64,000 nt of DNA, from positions 302,972 to 366,971 of the forward strand of contig JAWWOW010000005.1 of NCBI GenBank assembly GCA_033851265.1, given 5' to 3'. Source of the stretch: Frankiales bacterium. Its GTDB lineage: Bacteria > Actinomycetota > Actinomycetes > JAWWOW01. Of this stretch, positions 9,872 to 19,239 are shown piece after piece. The notes under the pieces were generated by a model. It saw nothing but the letters and a program-made list of their open reading frames with translations, did not search any database and was not told where the DNA came from. Position 1 is the stretch's first letter; the number at the start of each line of letters is the position of its first letter. The translations under genes were made by a program, and so were the position numbers.

Positions 9872-10464
9872 TGGCCAGCGAGACACTTGTGACCGGGGGT
9901 ACGGCGGTCAGTCGCCAGCATCGGCTGGCCGACCGCGTCGCGTCGCTTCGCACGCGCGCGAGCACAGGCTCACTCGACCGTTGGCTGCTGTGGATCGGCG
10001 GGGTCCTCCTGCCGCTCGGTGTGATGCTCGTGTTCCTCGGTTGGTGGGGAACGTCGCACACCGTCTTCGTATTCGAGCAGCTGCCTTACGTCGTCTCCGG
10101 GGGCCTGCTCGGGCTGGCGTTCGTCTTTGCCGGCGGGTTCGTGTACTTCGCCTACTGGCAGACGGTCATCGTCCGTGAGCTGCGTACCGAGCGCCACGAA
10201 GTTGTGTCCGCACTCCGCCGTATTCAGTCGACGCTTGAAGGCCAGAGTGGGCTCGCGGGGACCGCCACGCAAGGCGCCACGGCCTCGGCTTCGACGGGAA
10301 CGTTTGTGGCGACACCCACCGGCACGATGTTCCATCGACCCGAATGCCCGGTCGTCGCCCGACGTGAGGACACCACTGAAGTCGACGCGAATAGCACCGA
10401 GCTGTTGCCCTGCGGGATCTGCGATCCGCTGGGAGAAGCGACCGCCGAGGTGCTCGAGCACTAG
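9871..10464 (+). CDS. Small membrane protein (2 TM) with C-terminal Cys cluster
   Basis: ATG at 9871 overlaps the previous stop (TGATG). GGAGG at 9862-9866. Two hydrophobic helices. C-terminal HRPECPVV...LLPCGICD is a possible metal-binding motif. Confidence 0.55.
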   Translation: MASETLVTGGTAVSRQHRLADRVASLRTRASTGSLDRWLLWIGGVLLPLGVMLVFLGWWGTSHTVFVFEQLPYVVSGGLLGLAFVFAGGFVYFAYWQTVIVRELRTERHEVVSALRRIQSTLEGQSGLAGTATQGATASASTGTFVATPTGTMFHRPECPVVARREDTTEVDANSTELLPCGICDPLGEATAEVLEH

Positions 10465-10574
10465 CCAGCGCAGCAGGAGTGCGACCACCCTGCCGCGAAT
10501 ACAACAGCCAACAGTGGCGCCTTCTTTCCTGCGCCGAGATCGCCCGCCCAACCGCGGAAGGCAAGGGCACCCCT

Positions 10575-12152
10575 ATGTACCGCTACGCGCGCCTCGTCCT
10601 GGCTATCGGGACACTCACGACGATCGCCGTGTTGACCCCGATGGCGCGCGGCTCCGGCGGGCCGCAGCTCTCCACCCCGATGGCTTGGGGGACCGTCGAC
10701 TTCGGCGATCGGGTGCAGTACCGGCTGGACGGCGCGGCTTGCGCAGGCACTCCGGTGCACGTGCACATCGGCGGGTCGAGCCGGGTTGACGCTGTCGGTC
10801 CGCTCTCCGGCGCAGTGCGCGACCCACTCGCTCCAGGTTCCTGCATCGGCATCGCGCGGGTCCCGACCGAAGCGGCCGTGCGGGCGAAGGGATGGGCTCC
10901 TGGCGACCGCGTGACCGTGCGCCTGGTCTCGCCGGGCGACGAGGTCGCATTGCGCTATCAACGGGTGGAGGTGGACCAGGGGCGCGGCGCTAAGGGCAAG
11001 CCGAAGGCGGTGACGCCGGCGGTGCGTGACCCCCGCGGCGGTTCACGGGATCAAGCGATGTCGATGTCGACCGGCGACGTGGTCTCGATCGGCCAGGTCG
11101 ACCTGACGAAGATCTACTCGATCTCGTTGCGGGTCTGTCTGACCGAGCCCAAGCCGCACATCACGCCTACTCGGCTCGAGCTGCGCGCAGGTGCGCGCAA
11201 CGCACCGTCGATCATCGGTGTCGTCGACGTAGCCGACGACCTCAACAACGCTCACAAGTCGAACTTCGGCTGGCCGAACTGCTGGCAGACCCAGCCGTGG
11301 CCGATCATCAACAAGGTTCCTGGTCGAGCGCCGGAACTCTTCGTCGCTGTCGACCTCACTGCGATGCCGGTCGAGATCAGCTGGATCGACTTCAACGGCA
11401 CCGGCGCAAAGGTGCCGGACGCACCGGCTACCGATCCTGTGGGTACGCAGCGAATCTTCGACGGGAAGTCGTTCACGGGGTGGACTGCGTCCAGTTGCGC
11501 CATCGACGACGACGGCAGTGTTCGACAGACGCACACGAAGTCGCCGGCCAACTACGCGCCGCTCGTGACAGAGGGCTTTGTCGGCGAGCAAGGCTGCTCG
11601 ATGACCTACACCGCGCGAAAGCTGCACAACGTCGTCATCCGGTTTGCATACCGACTGCAATCCTTCGAGGACAATGGTGCGGTCTACGTCGGTGGGCGTG
11701 AGATCCAGATGCGCGAGGCTGGAGAGTTCCTTACGGGGGGTATCCAGGGCAACACCGTTCCCGACGCCCTGACCGGGTGGGCGATCGACAATCCCCCCAG
11801 CGGCTACCCGGCGCAGCGCATCAAGTCGAACTCGTATCCGGATTGGAATCAGATCGAGGTCGTGCAGATCGGCTCGCGTCACATCGTGCGGATCAATGGC
11901 CGAACCGTCACCGACTGCTCCGACTGTCTGCCCGATCCGGCGCCGTACAACTTCGAGGTGCAAGCACAGCCGAACTTTTCCTATACCTACGGCGTCGGTT
12001 ATCGCATGGACACGGGGCCGACCAATCCCGTCACCGACGATCCTTCGAACTGGGGCAATCTCTCGTTCAAGAACTTCCGCGTCTATGACTGCAAGTCCGC
12101 CACCGATCCAGTCTGCGTCGGTGGCCCGAGTGTGAATGGCCTGCCCCAGTGA
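10575..12152 (+). CDS. Secreted protein with C-terminal DUF1080/concanavalin-like (3-keto-disaccharide hydrolase family) domain, tentative
   Basis: Signal peptide MYRYARLVLAIGTLTTIAVLTPMARG. C-terminal YPDWNQIEVVQIGSRHIVRINGRTVTDC resembles the DUF1080 W-N-x-E-I...G-x-I-x-x-x-L-N-G motif. Start set at the first ATG after an in-frame stretch lacking an RBS. Confidence 0.7.
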   Translation: MYRYARLVLAIGTLTTIAVLTPMARGSGGPQLSTPMAWGTVDFGDRVQYRLDGAACAGTPVHVHIGGSSRVDAVGPLSGAVRDPLAPGSCIGIARVPTEAAVRAKGWAPGDRVTVRLVSPGDEVALRYQRVEVDQGRGAKGKPKAVTPAVRDPRGGSRDQAMSMSTGDVVSIGQVDLTKIYSISLRVCLTEPKPHITPTRLELRAGARNAPSIIGVVDVADDLNNAHKSNFGWPNCWQTQPWPIINKVPGRAPELFVAVDLTAMPVEISWIDFNGTGAKVPDAPATDPVGTQRIFDGKSFTGWTASSCAIDDDGSVRQTHTKSPANYAPLVTEGFVGEQGCSMTYTARKLHNVVIRFAYRLQSFEDNGAVYVGGREIQMREAGEFLTGGIQGNTVPDALTGWAIDNPPSGYPAQRIKSNSYPDWNQIEVVQIGSRHIVRINGRTVTDCSDCLPDPAPYNFEVQAQPNFSYTYGVGYRMDTGPTNPVTDDPSNWGNLSFKNFRVYDCKSATDPVCVGGPSVNGLPQ

Positions 12153-13606
12153 CCGTGGGGGGATTGCGGCGGCGTACCTGGGCGGGCGTCGTCGTGAGCG
12201 GATTGCTCCTGGTCGGCCTTCCAACGGTCGCTCGAAGTGCGGCCACCGCACCGTGCACGCAGTCGATGAACGCCGGTAGTTGGGCGACGTACGGCGAAGA
12301 TCTGCACGGCAGTCAGTACCAGCGCGCGGAGCACACGATCGGGATCACGAACGTCGCAGCACTGAAACGCACCTGGATGACTGGCGATACGGGCTACCAG
12401 TCCCCGCCGCCGATCGTGTCGGGTGGCTGTGTCTTCATCAACACGGGCGGTCACATCGAAGCCCTGTCCCTCGGCACGGGGAGACTCGTCTGGACGTCCC
12501 AAGGCGCGGATACGAGTGGGACCTTTGCCGTCACCGTCGTGGACGGGCGAGTGCATGTCGGGCTCAACAACAACGGCCGCCCGAAAGCCGCGGCCTTCGA
12601 CGTACGCAACGGGCATCTGCTGTGGACGAGCGAGGAGATCTACTTCGGATACACGACGTCGCAGCAGTCCAGCGCGATCGTCTACAACGGCATCCAAGTG
12701 TTGTTCACGACCGGACCAGACTTCGATCCCAAGGCTCGAGAGGGATACGGGCTGATTGACGCGGCGACGGGCTCGGTGATCTACAAGTCCACGACTGTCC
12801 CGGAGGCACAGCTCGCGAAGGGATACGCCGGCGGTGGCGTCTGGGGGACACCGACGGTCGACCCGCGGACGAACTACCTGTACGTCGGCACGTCGAACCC
12901 AGAATCCAAGACTAGAGAGAGCGCGTACGACGACTCCATCATCAAGTTGGATCTTGACCGCAACCGTTCGACCTTCGGGAAGGTCGTCGCGACGTACAAG
13001 GGGTCGCCAGACACTGTCACCGGCTACGACAATCCGGTCTGCCAGAACCTCGGGGATAAGGCGTGGGTCAACGCCGGCATCTACGGCTCGTCACCCACGT
13101 GCGGTCAGCTCGACGTCGACTTCGGTGTCGGTCCGACGCTGTGGCGCAATGCTGCTGGCCGGTTGCTCGGCGCGGCTACCCAGAAGTCTGGATGGCTGCA
13201 TGTGTTCGACGCCACCACGATGCGGCCGGTCTGGAAGAAGCGGCTGTTCGTCAGCATGTCCTTCCTCGGCGGAAACCTTGCTCGCATCGGCACGGACGGC
13301 AAGACGCTCTACGTCGCCGCCAACCCTGGCGTGTTGCACGCTTTCGATGCGAACACGTTCGCGGAGAAGTGGCGTGCGCCACTCACCGGTGTGCCGATGA
13401 AAGGCGGGAACGTCGCCGTGGCCAACGGCGTCGTCTACTACGTGGACGAGCCCGGTCTCAAGGCGTTTGACGCTGCGACGGGGCGGCTGCTGTGGATGTC
13501 CGCACTCACGCCCGGAGCAACGATCGGTAGCGGAGTCGCAATCGCCGGTCACCACGTGGTCGCGAACCATTACGGCACGATCGCGGCGTACCAACTATCC
13601 GGCTGA
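12149..13606 (+). CDS. Secreted PQQ-like repeat beta-propeller protein
   Basis: GTG start overlapping the previous stop (GTGA). Signal peptide. Repeated G-x-hydrophobic...D-x-x-T-G-x-x-x-W blocks (GRLVWTS, GHLLWTS, GRLLWMS) typical of PQQ/BamB-like propellers. Confidence 0.75.
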   Translation: MTVGGLRRRTWAGVVVSGLLLVGLPTVARSAATAPCTQSMNAGSWATYGEDLHGSQYQRAEHTIGITNVAALKRTWMTGDTGYQSPPPIVSGGCVFINTGGHIEALSLGTGRLVWTSQGADTSGTFAVTVVDGRVHVGLNNNGRPKAAAFDVRNGHLLWTSEEIYFGYTTSQQSSAIVYNGIQVLFTTGPDFDPKAREGYGLIDAATGSVIYKSTTVPEAQLAKGYAGGGVWGTPTVDPRTNYLYVGTSNPESKTRESAYDDSIIKLDLDRNRSTFGKVVATYKGSPDTVTGYDNPVCQNLGDKAWVNAGIYGSSPTCGQLDVDFGVGPTLWRNAAGRLLGAATQKSGWLHVFDATTMRPVWKKRLFVSMSFLGGNLARIGTDGKTLYVAANPGVLHAFDANTFAEKWRAPLTGVPMKGGNVAVANGVVYYVDEPGLKAFDAATGRLLWMSALTPGATIGSGVAIAGHHVVANHYGTIAAYQLSG

Positions 13607-14122
13607 GCTCGATACCGCAGGGGATGAAACACCGACACCGCCGCGGGTGTCTGCGCCGTACTGCTCCTTTGCACGGGCGATGTCGAGCGGTCGGATGCTC
13701 TTGGCGGCCGCGATCGTGGCGTCATCGATGAGCGACTTCGGCACCAGCCAGGAGACCTCGAACTCGATGCCGTCCGGGTCCTTGGCGTAGAGCGCCTTCG
13801 TCGTGCCGTGATCGGACGCTCCGACGAGTGCGCCGACGTCGCTAAGGACGCCTTCGATCCGCTCGAGCTCGTTGAGCGTGTCGACCTCCCACGCGAGGTG
13901 ATAGAGCCCGACCGTGCTGCGTCCGGCCGGCGAGTCACCGGCCTGGGCGCCGATCTCGAACAAGACGAGGTCGTGGTCGTTGGTGCTCGCCTCGGCCTGC
14001 AGGAATGCAGCGCCGGGCAAGCTCATGACGGTGCGGAAGCCGAGGGCGTCGCGGTAGAACGCGACGCTGCGCTCGACGTTGCGGACGTAGAGGACGGCGT
14101 GGTTGAGACGGGTGACCGGCAT
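13595..14122 (-). CDS. VOC/glyoxalase-bleomycin resistance family protein
   Basis: Start moved to internal ATG MPVTRLNHAVLYVRNVERSVAFYRDALGF, a canonical VOC N-terminus. The upstream part of the track ORF is Arg/Pro-rich junk. Confidence 0.8.
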   Translation of the reverse strand: MPVTRLNHAVLYVRNVERSVAFYRDALGFRTVMSLPGAAFLQAEASTNDHDLVLFEIGAQAGDSPAGRSTVGLYHLAWEVDTLNELERIEGVLSDVGALVGASDHGTTKALYAKDPDGIEFEVSWLVPKSLIDDATIAAAKSIRPLDIARAKEQYGADTRGGVGVSSPAVSSSAG

Positions 14123-14124
14123 GC

Positions 14125-15237
14125 CTAGACGGTAACCGGTTCGTCCGCGAGGAGGCGACCGAGCTTCGCCAGCTGCCGGGTGCCGCTGCCGAGCGTTAGC
14201 TCGAGTTGCTTTGCCCAGATGTAGTAGCGGTGCAGGGGGTACTCGCGGGAGACCCCCATCCCGCCATGCAGATGAGCCGCAGCGCGCACGATTCGCTGAC
14301 CTGCATCGGAGGCGTAGAACTTCGCGACCGCGACTTCCTTGTCCGCTGGCAGCCCGGCGTCGAGCAGCCACACGGCCTGCAGCGTCGTCAGCCGGATGGT
14401 CTGCGCGTCGATGAAGGCGTCGGCCGCGCGTTGCCCGACCGCCTGGAACAACGCGATCGGCCGCTCGAACTGCTCCCGCGTCTTCGTGTATTCGGCGGTC
14501 AGTTTGACCGCCGCCGCCGCCACGCCGGTGAGGACCGAGCTCACGGCCGCAGTGGCGAACTGCACTGCCGTTGACACGGCAGAGCCGTCGAGGGGGCCGA
14601 CGGCCTCCCCGCGCGCCGCAGCGAACGTCACCAATGCATCGGGTGCATAGACGATCGTGTCTTGTCGTTGCCGCTCGACGCCCGCACCGTTGGCGTCGAC
14701 GAGGAAGAGCCCGGCACCGTCGTCGGTCGAGGCAGAGACCAGCAGCTGGTCGGCGTACAGCCCGCCGGGCACGGTGGTTTTCTCGCCATCGATCACCCAG
14801 CTGTCGCCGTCACGGCGCGCGGTCGTCGTCGGTGCCTGCGGATCGCCGAGTGCTTCGACGTACGCGCCCGACAGGACCGTGGCGCCGCTCGCGACACCGG
14901 GGAGGATGGCGGCCTGCTGCTCCGGCGAGCCGAAGCGGGCAATCGGCATCGCGCCGTAGGCGAGTGTCGGCAGGAGCGGCACCGGCGCCACCGCGCGTCC
15001 GGCTTCCTCTAGCAACAGTGCGAGCTCGAGGAAGCCGAGGCCGAGACCACCGTGCTCTTCGGGGATGCACACGCCGAGCAGACCGGCGTTGGCGAGCTTG
15101 CCCCAGAGCGCACGGTCAAAGCCGGGGGTCTCGGAGTCTTCGACCGCGCGCAGCGACTCCTGCGTGACCTGGTCGTCGAACAACTCCGCGGCGAGACTGC
15201 GGATCGCTTCTTGCTCTTCGCTCAGTGAGAAGTCCAT
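14125..15237 (-). CDS. Acyl-CoA dehydrogenase family protein (possible beta-type partner subunit)
   Basis: Start at MDFSLSEEQEAIR. ACAD N, middle and C-terminal domain features. Immediately downstream of a second ACAD with a 16-nt gap. Confidence 0.9.
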   Translation of the reverse strand: MDFSLSEEQEAIRSLAAELFDDQVTQESLRAVEDSETPGFDRALWGKLANAGLLGVCIPEEHGGLGLGFLELALLLEEAGRAVAPVPLLPTLAYGAMPIARFGSPEQQAAILPGVASGATVLSGAYVEALGDPQAPTTTARRDGDSWVIDGEKTTVPGGLYADQLLVSASTDDGAGLFLVDANGAGVERQRQDTIVYAPDALVTFAAARGEAVGPLDGSAVSTAVQFATAAVSSVLTGVAAAAVKLTAEYTKTREQFERPIALFQAVGQRAADAFIDAQTIRLTTLQAVWLLDAGLPADKEVAVAKFYASDAGQRIVRAAAHLHGGMGVSREYPLHRYYIWAKQLELTLGSGTRQLAKLGRLLADEPVTV

Positions 15238-15253
15238 GAGTTGTCTCCGCCCC

Positions 15254-16429
15254 TCAGCGCTTCGCCATCGGCATACCAAGACCGAACACCGTGATCAGGT
15301 CACGTTGCACTTCGTTGACGCCGCCACCAAACGTGAGGATCACCAGCGAGCGGTAGAGCTGTTCAAGCCGCGAGGCGAGAACGCCACCCGGGGATCCCTT
15401 CTTGACGTACGCCGATTCGCCAACCACTTCCATGAGCAGGCGGATTGCATCGAGGTAGTGCTCGGTGCCAAAAACCTTGGTCGTGCTCGCATCAGCGACG
15501 TCGAGAACGCCCCGCTCGGCGTCCCACGCGACCTTCCAGTTCTGCAGCCGCAGGAACTCGAACCCCGCATGCACGCGCGCGAGGTTGAGCTGCACCCATT
15601 CCTGGTCGATGACGCGACGCCCGTCCGGCAGCTTCGTTTCTTGTGCCCATTGCCGGACCTCGGCCAGAGCGCGGTCGACCATGCCCGGGCTGCACAACGT
15701 GACGCGTTCGTGGTTGAGCTGCCCGGTGATCAGTGACCAGCCGTTGTTCTCGCCACCGATGAGGTTGGCGGCAGGAACCCGGACGTCTTCGTAGTGCACC
15801 TCGCAGATCGGGTGCTCGCCGACGAGTTCTAGCGGGCGCGGGGTGATGCCCGGCGTGTCCATCGGCACGACGATCATCGACAAGCCGCGGTGCTTTTTGA
15901 CGTTCGGGTCGGTGCGTACAGCGAGCCAGCAGTAGTCAGCGGTCATGCCGAAACTCGTCCAGAGCTTCGTGCCGTTGATGACGTACTCGTCGCCGTCCCG
16001 GACAGCGCGGGTCGTGAGCGATGCGAGGTCGGTGCCCGCGCCGGGCTCGCTGTAGCCGATGCAGAAGTGGATTTCGCCGCGCAGGATCTGTGGCAGGAAT
16101 CGTTGCCGCTGCTCGTCATTGCCGTGCAACATCAGCGTCGGTCCGACGGTGTTGATCGTCAGCATCGGCACCGGCGCACCGGCACGCATCGACTCGTTGA
16201 AGAAGATCCACTGGTCGATGTGCCCGCGACCCTGCCCGCCGTACTCCTTGGGCCAGCCGATGCCGAGCCATCCGTCCGCGGCCATTTGCTTGACCACGGT
16301 CCGCATGGTGGCGTCGTAGGTCTCGTGGTCGTGCAGCTTGGCCATCGTGTCGGGGTCGAGCAGCTTGTCGTAGTACTCCCGCAGTTCGCGGCGCAGTTGT
16401 TCCTGCTCTTCGGTGTAGGCGAGATACAT
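15254..16429 (-). CDS. Acyl-CoA dehydrogenase
   Basis: Start at MYLAYTEEQEQLRRELREYY. Conserved ACAD blocks (GWLGIGWPKEYGGQG; EYVINGTKLWTS; FGGGVNEVQRDLI). Confidence 0.9.
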   Translation of the reverse strand: MYLAYTEEQEQLRRELREYYDKLLDPDTMAKLHDHETYDATMRTVVKQMAADGWLGIGWPKEYGGQGRGHIDQWIFFNESMRAGAPVPMLTINTVGPTLMLHGNDEQRQRFLPQILRGEIHFCIGYSEPGAGTDLASLTTRAVRDGDEYVINGTKLWTSFGMTADYCWLAVRTDPNVKKHRGLSMIVVPMDTPGITPRPLELVGEHPICEVHYEDVRVPAANLIGGENNGWSLITGQLNHERVTLCSPGMVDRALAEVRQWAQETKLPDGRRVIDQEWVQLNLARVHAGFEFLRLQNWKVAWDAERGVLDVADASTTKVFGTEHYLDAIRLLMEVVGESAYVKKGSPGGVLASRLEQLYRSLVILTFGGGVNEVQRDLITVFGLGMPMAKR

Positions 16430-16433
16430 GCGC

Positions 16434-17591
16434 TTAGTCTCCTGGCGTCTGCGAGGCGGTGCTGATGACTCCGGCTGCGGCAAGTGCGGTGATGCGGTTG
16501 CTGTCGATGCCCCACGAGCTGAGCGCGTCGGCCGTTTCTGCGGTGGTGCGCATCGGTTGCGGATCGTCGAGCGGCGTGCCGTCGAATCGGGGGGAGGGCC
16601 GAGGCTGTACGACGCCGCCGACCGTCGTGAAAGTGCCGCGAGCCTTGTTGTGCGGGTGCTCCGACGCCTCGGTCGGCTCCAGGACCGGGGCGACGCACGC
16701 GTCGGTGCCGTCGTAGATGCCCGCCCACTCATCGCGGGTCTTGGACTTGAACGCGGCCGCGATCTGCTTGCGCGCGGCCGGCCAACGGCTGCGGTCCCAT
16801 TGCTCGGCGAGGTCGGGATCCTCGGTCAGGCCGATGCGCTCAACGAACGCCGCATAGAACTGTTTCTCGATCGCCCCAACGGCGATCCACTTGTGGTCGG
16901 CGGTCTCGTAGACGTCGTACCACGGTGCACCGGTGTCGATGTAGTTGGTGCCCCGCGGTCCCCACGTGCCCTTTGCGCGACCGGCATAGAACGGCGCCAT
17001 CACCATTGCCGCGCCGTCGATCATCGCCGCGTCGACAACCTGGCCGCGACCGGAACGGCTCACGTCGACAAGCGCGGCGCAGATGCCCAGCGCCAGCAGC
17101 AGACCGCCACCTGCGAAGTCACCGAGAACATTGATCGGGGGAGTAGGCGGTCCGTCGGCGCGGCCCAACGGCTCTAACGCACCGGCTATCGCGATGTAGT
17201 CGATGTCGTGTCCCGCGGTCTTCGCGAGCGGCCCTTCTTGCCCCCAGCCGGTGAGCCGGCCGTAGATCAGCCGCGGGTTGCGGGCGAGGCAGTCCGCAGG
17301 ACCGAAGCCGAGCCGTTCGGTGACACCAGGCCGGAAAACGTCGATGAGCACATCCGCCTGTTCGACGAGGTCGAGAAACACAGCGACGCCATCCGCGCTC
17401 TTCAGGTCGATCGCGGCCGACCGCTTACTCCGCTCGAGGGTGCCGCCCGAGTCGAGGCTGATCGTCGGCGTCAGCCGGTCGATGCGCAGGACGTCGGCGC
17501 CGAGGTCAGCGAGCACCATGCCGCACATCGGCCCCGGGCCGAGGCCGACGAGTTCCAGCACCCGGATCCCCGCGAGCGGCCCCGACCCCAA
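16434..17591 (-). CDS. CoA-transferase family III (CaiB/BaiF; possible alpha-methylacyl-CoA racemase)
   Basis: N-terminal GIRVLELVGLGPGPMCGMVLADLGADVLRIDR and overall family III architecture. Confidence 0.9.
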   Translation of the reverse strand: MGSGPLAGIRVLELVGLGPGPMCGMVLADLGADVLRIDRLTPTISLDSGGTLERSKRSAAIDLKSADGVAVFLDLVEQADVLIDVFRPGVTERLGFGPADCLARNPRLIYGRLTGWGQEGPLAKTAGHDIDYIAIAGALEPLGRADGPPTPPINVLGDFAGGGLLLALGICAALVDVSRSGRGQVVDAAMIDGAAMVMAPFYAGRAKGTWGPRGTNYIDTGAPWYDVYETADHKWIAVGAIEKQFYAAFVERIGLTEDPDLAEQWDRSRWPAARKQIAAAFKSKTRDEWAGIYDGTDACVAPVLEPTEASEHPHNKARGTFTTVGGVVQPRPSPRFDGTPLDDPQPMRTTAETADALSSWGIDSNRITALAAAGVISTASQTPGD

Positions 17592-17618
17592 TGCACCCTC
17601 CCTGGGAAGCTCATCATT

Positions 17619-17639
17619 GATCTGACAGGGTGTCAGATC
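17619..17639. promoter_or_regulatory. Perfect 21-bp palindrome GATCTGACAgggTGTCAGATC (candidate operator)
   Basis: 9-bp perfect arms with a 3-nt spacer. Sits 2 nt upstream of the fadD ATG in the divergent CoA-transferase/fadD intergenic region. Confidence 0.4.
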
Positions 17640-17640
17640 G

Positions 17641-19239
17641 ATGAGCGGGGTCGCAATCGAGCCGGATCTCGTCGAGGAGGAAGTCCTCGGCGAGCGGATG
17701 CTCGTGTTCCGGAACCGGTTGCCATCGCTGCGCGCGGTGCTCGACGCGTCGGCGGCGTACGCCGACCGCGACTACCTCGTCGAGGGTGACCGACGGCTGA
17801 CGTACGCCGGGCATCACGCCGCCGCTGCCTCCATCGCCCGGTTCCTGCAGGAGCAGCACGACGTGACCAACGGCTCGCGCGTCGCGATCCTCGGCGGGAA
17901 CTGCCTGGAGTGGGTCGCGACGTTCTGGGCGGTCGTCGGGATCGGTGGCGTCGCCGTCGCGCTCAGCTCCTGGTGGTCTGGTCCGGAGCTGGCACAGGGA
18001 CTGGCCGATGCCGAGCCTGCACTCTTGGTGGCAGACGAGGAGTCGCTCGCGAAGCTGACAGCGCGACCGTCATGTCCGGTACTCCTGATGGAACGCGACA
18101 TCCGACCGTTGCTCGATGCCCCCGACGGGCTGCAGCTGCCACCGGCCAACATCAGCGAGGACGAGCCCGCGGTCATCTTGTTCACCAGTGGTACGACGGG
18201 TCGGGCCAAAGGCGCCGTACACACCCATCGCAACATCGTCGGACTGGTCCAGATCCAGAAATACATCAGCGACAGCCGGGTCCCGCCGGGGATCACGATG
18301 CCGCCCGGTCGCGTGTTCACGACGAGTCCGCTCTTCCACGTCTCCGGGTTGCACAGCGGTGTGGTTGCCAACTTGGCGCAGGGATGGACCACGGTGTGGC
18401 AGCTCGGCCGGTTCGACCCCGTTGCCGTGATGGCGACCATTGAGCGCGAGAAATGCACGTCGTGGTCGACCGTGCCGACCGCGATCTGGCGGGTCATCAA
18501 TCATCCCGAGCGGTCGCGGTTCGATCTGTCGTCGCTGTTCCACATCGGCGGGGGAGGGGCGGCGTTCTCACCGTCGTTACAGACGCAGATGCGCGAGTCA
18601 ATCGGCGCGCAGCTGTCGTCGGGGCTGGGGTATGGGTTGACCGAGGGCACCAGTCTCGCGACGGTTGCGTCCAACGACGACCTGCGTGCGCATCCGACCA
18701 CCTCCGGTCGGCCCGTGCCGACCGTGCAGATCGAGATTCGTGACGAGAGCGGCGTGCCGCTGCCGGACAGTGAGGAGGGCGAGATCTGCCTGCGCGGTCC
18801 ACTCGTGATGCTGGGCTACTGGCGCAACAAGGATGCGACCGATGCCATCATCGGGCCCTGCCGGTGGCTGCGGACCGGCGACATCGGCTATCTGCAGGAC
18901 GGCCTGCTGTTCTTGTCGACGCGTCGCTACGACCTGATCCTTCGTGGCGGCGAGAACGTCTATCCGGTCGAGATCGAGAACTGCCTCGAAGGCCATCCCG
19001 CAGTCGAGGAGTGCGTTGTGCTCGGTCTGCCGCACGACGAGCTCGGTCAAGAGGTGACCGCTGTCGTCGTACCGAAGCCGGACGCCGTCCTCGATATCGA
19101 CGAGCTGACGCGTTATGTGCGTGAGCGGCTCGCCTACTTCAAGGTGCCGAGCCGCTGGATACTGCGCACCACGGAGTTGCCGCGCACTGCCAGTGGCAAA
19201 GTTGTGCGACCCGAGGTGATGGCGGAGCTGACCGGATGA
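17641..19239 (+). CDS. Acyl-CoA synthetase / AMP-dependent ligase (FadD-like)
   Basis: AMP-binding motifs FTSGTTGRAKG, YGLTE, GDIGY and C-terminal PRTASGKVVR. Confidence 0.9.
   Translation: MSGVAIEPDLVEEEVLGERMLVFRNRLPSLRAVLDASAAYADRDYLVEGDRRLTYAGHHAAAASIARFLQEQHDVTNGSRVAILGGNCLEWVATFWAVVGIGGVAVALSSWWSGPELAQGLADAEPALLVADEESLAKLTARPSCPVLLMERDIRPLLDAPDGLQLPPANISEDEPAVILFTSGTTGRAKGAVHTHRNIVGLVQIQKYISDSRVPPGITMPPGRVFTTSPLFHVSGLHSGVVANLAQGWTTVWQLGRFDPVAVMATIEREKCTSWSTVPTAIWRVINHPERSRFDLSSLFHIGGGGAAFSPSLQTQMRESIGAQLSSGLGYGLTEGTSLATVASNDDLRAHPTTSGRPVPTVQIEIRDESGVPLPDSEEGEICLRGPLVMLGYWRNKDATDAIIGPCRWLRTGDIGYLQDGLLFLSTRRYDLILRGGENVYPVEIENCLEGHPAVEECVVLGLPHDELGQEVTAVVVPKPDAVLDIDELTRYVRERLAYFKVPSRWILRTTELPRTASGKVVRPEVMAELTG

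Noticed and set aside
11043-12251. 402-aa minus-strand ORF antisense to the DUF1080-like gene
   Set aside because: Arg/Asp-rich nonsense typical of GC-rich antisense frames. The plus-strand gene is translationally coupled to its neighbours.
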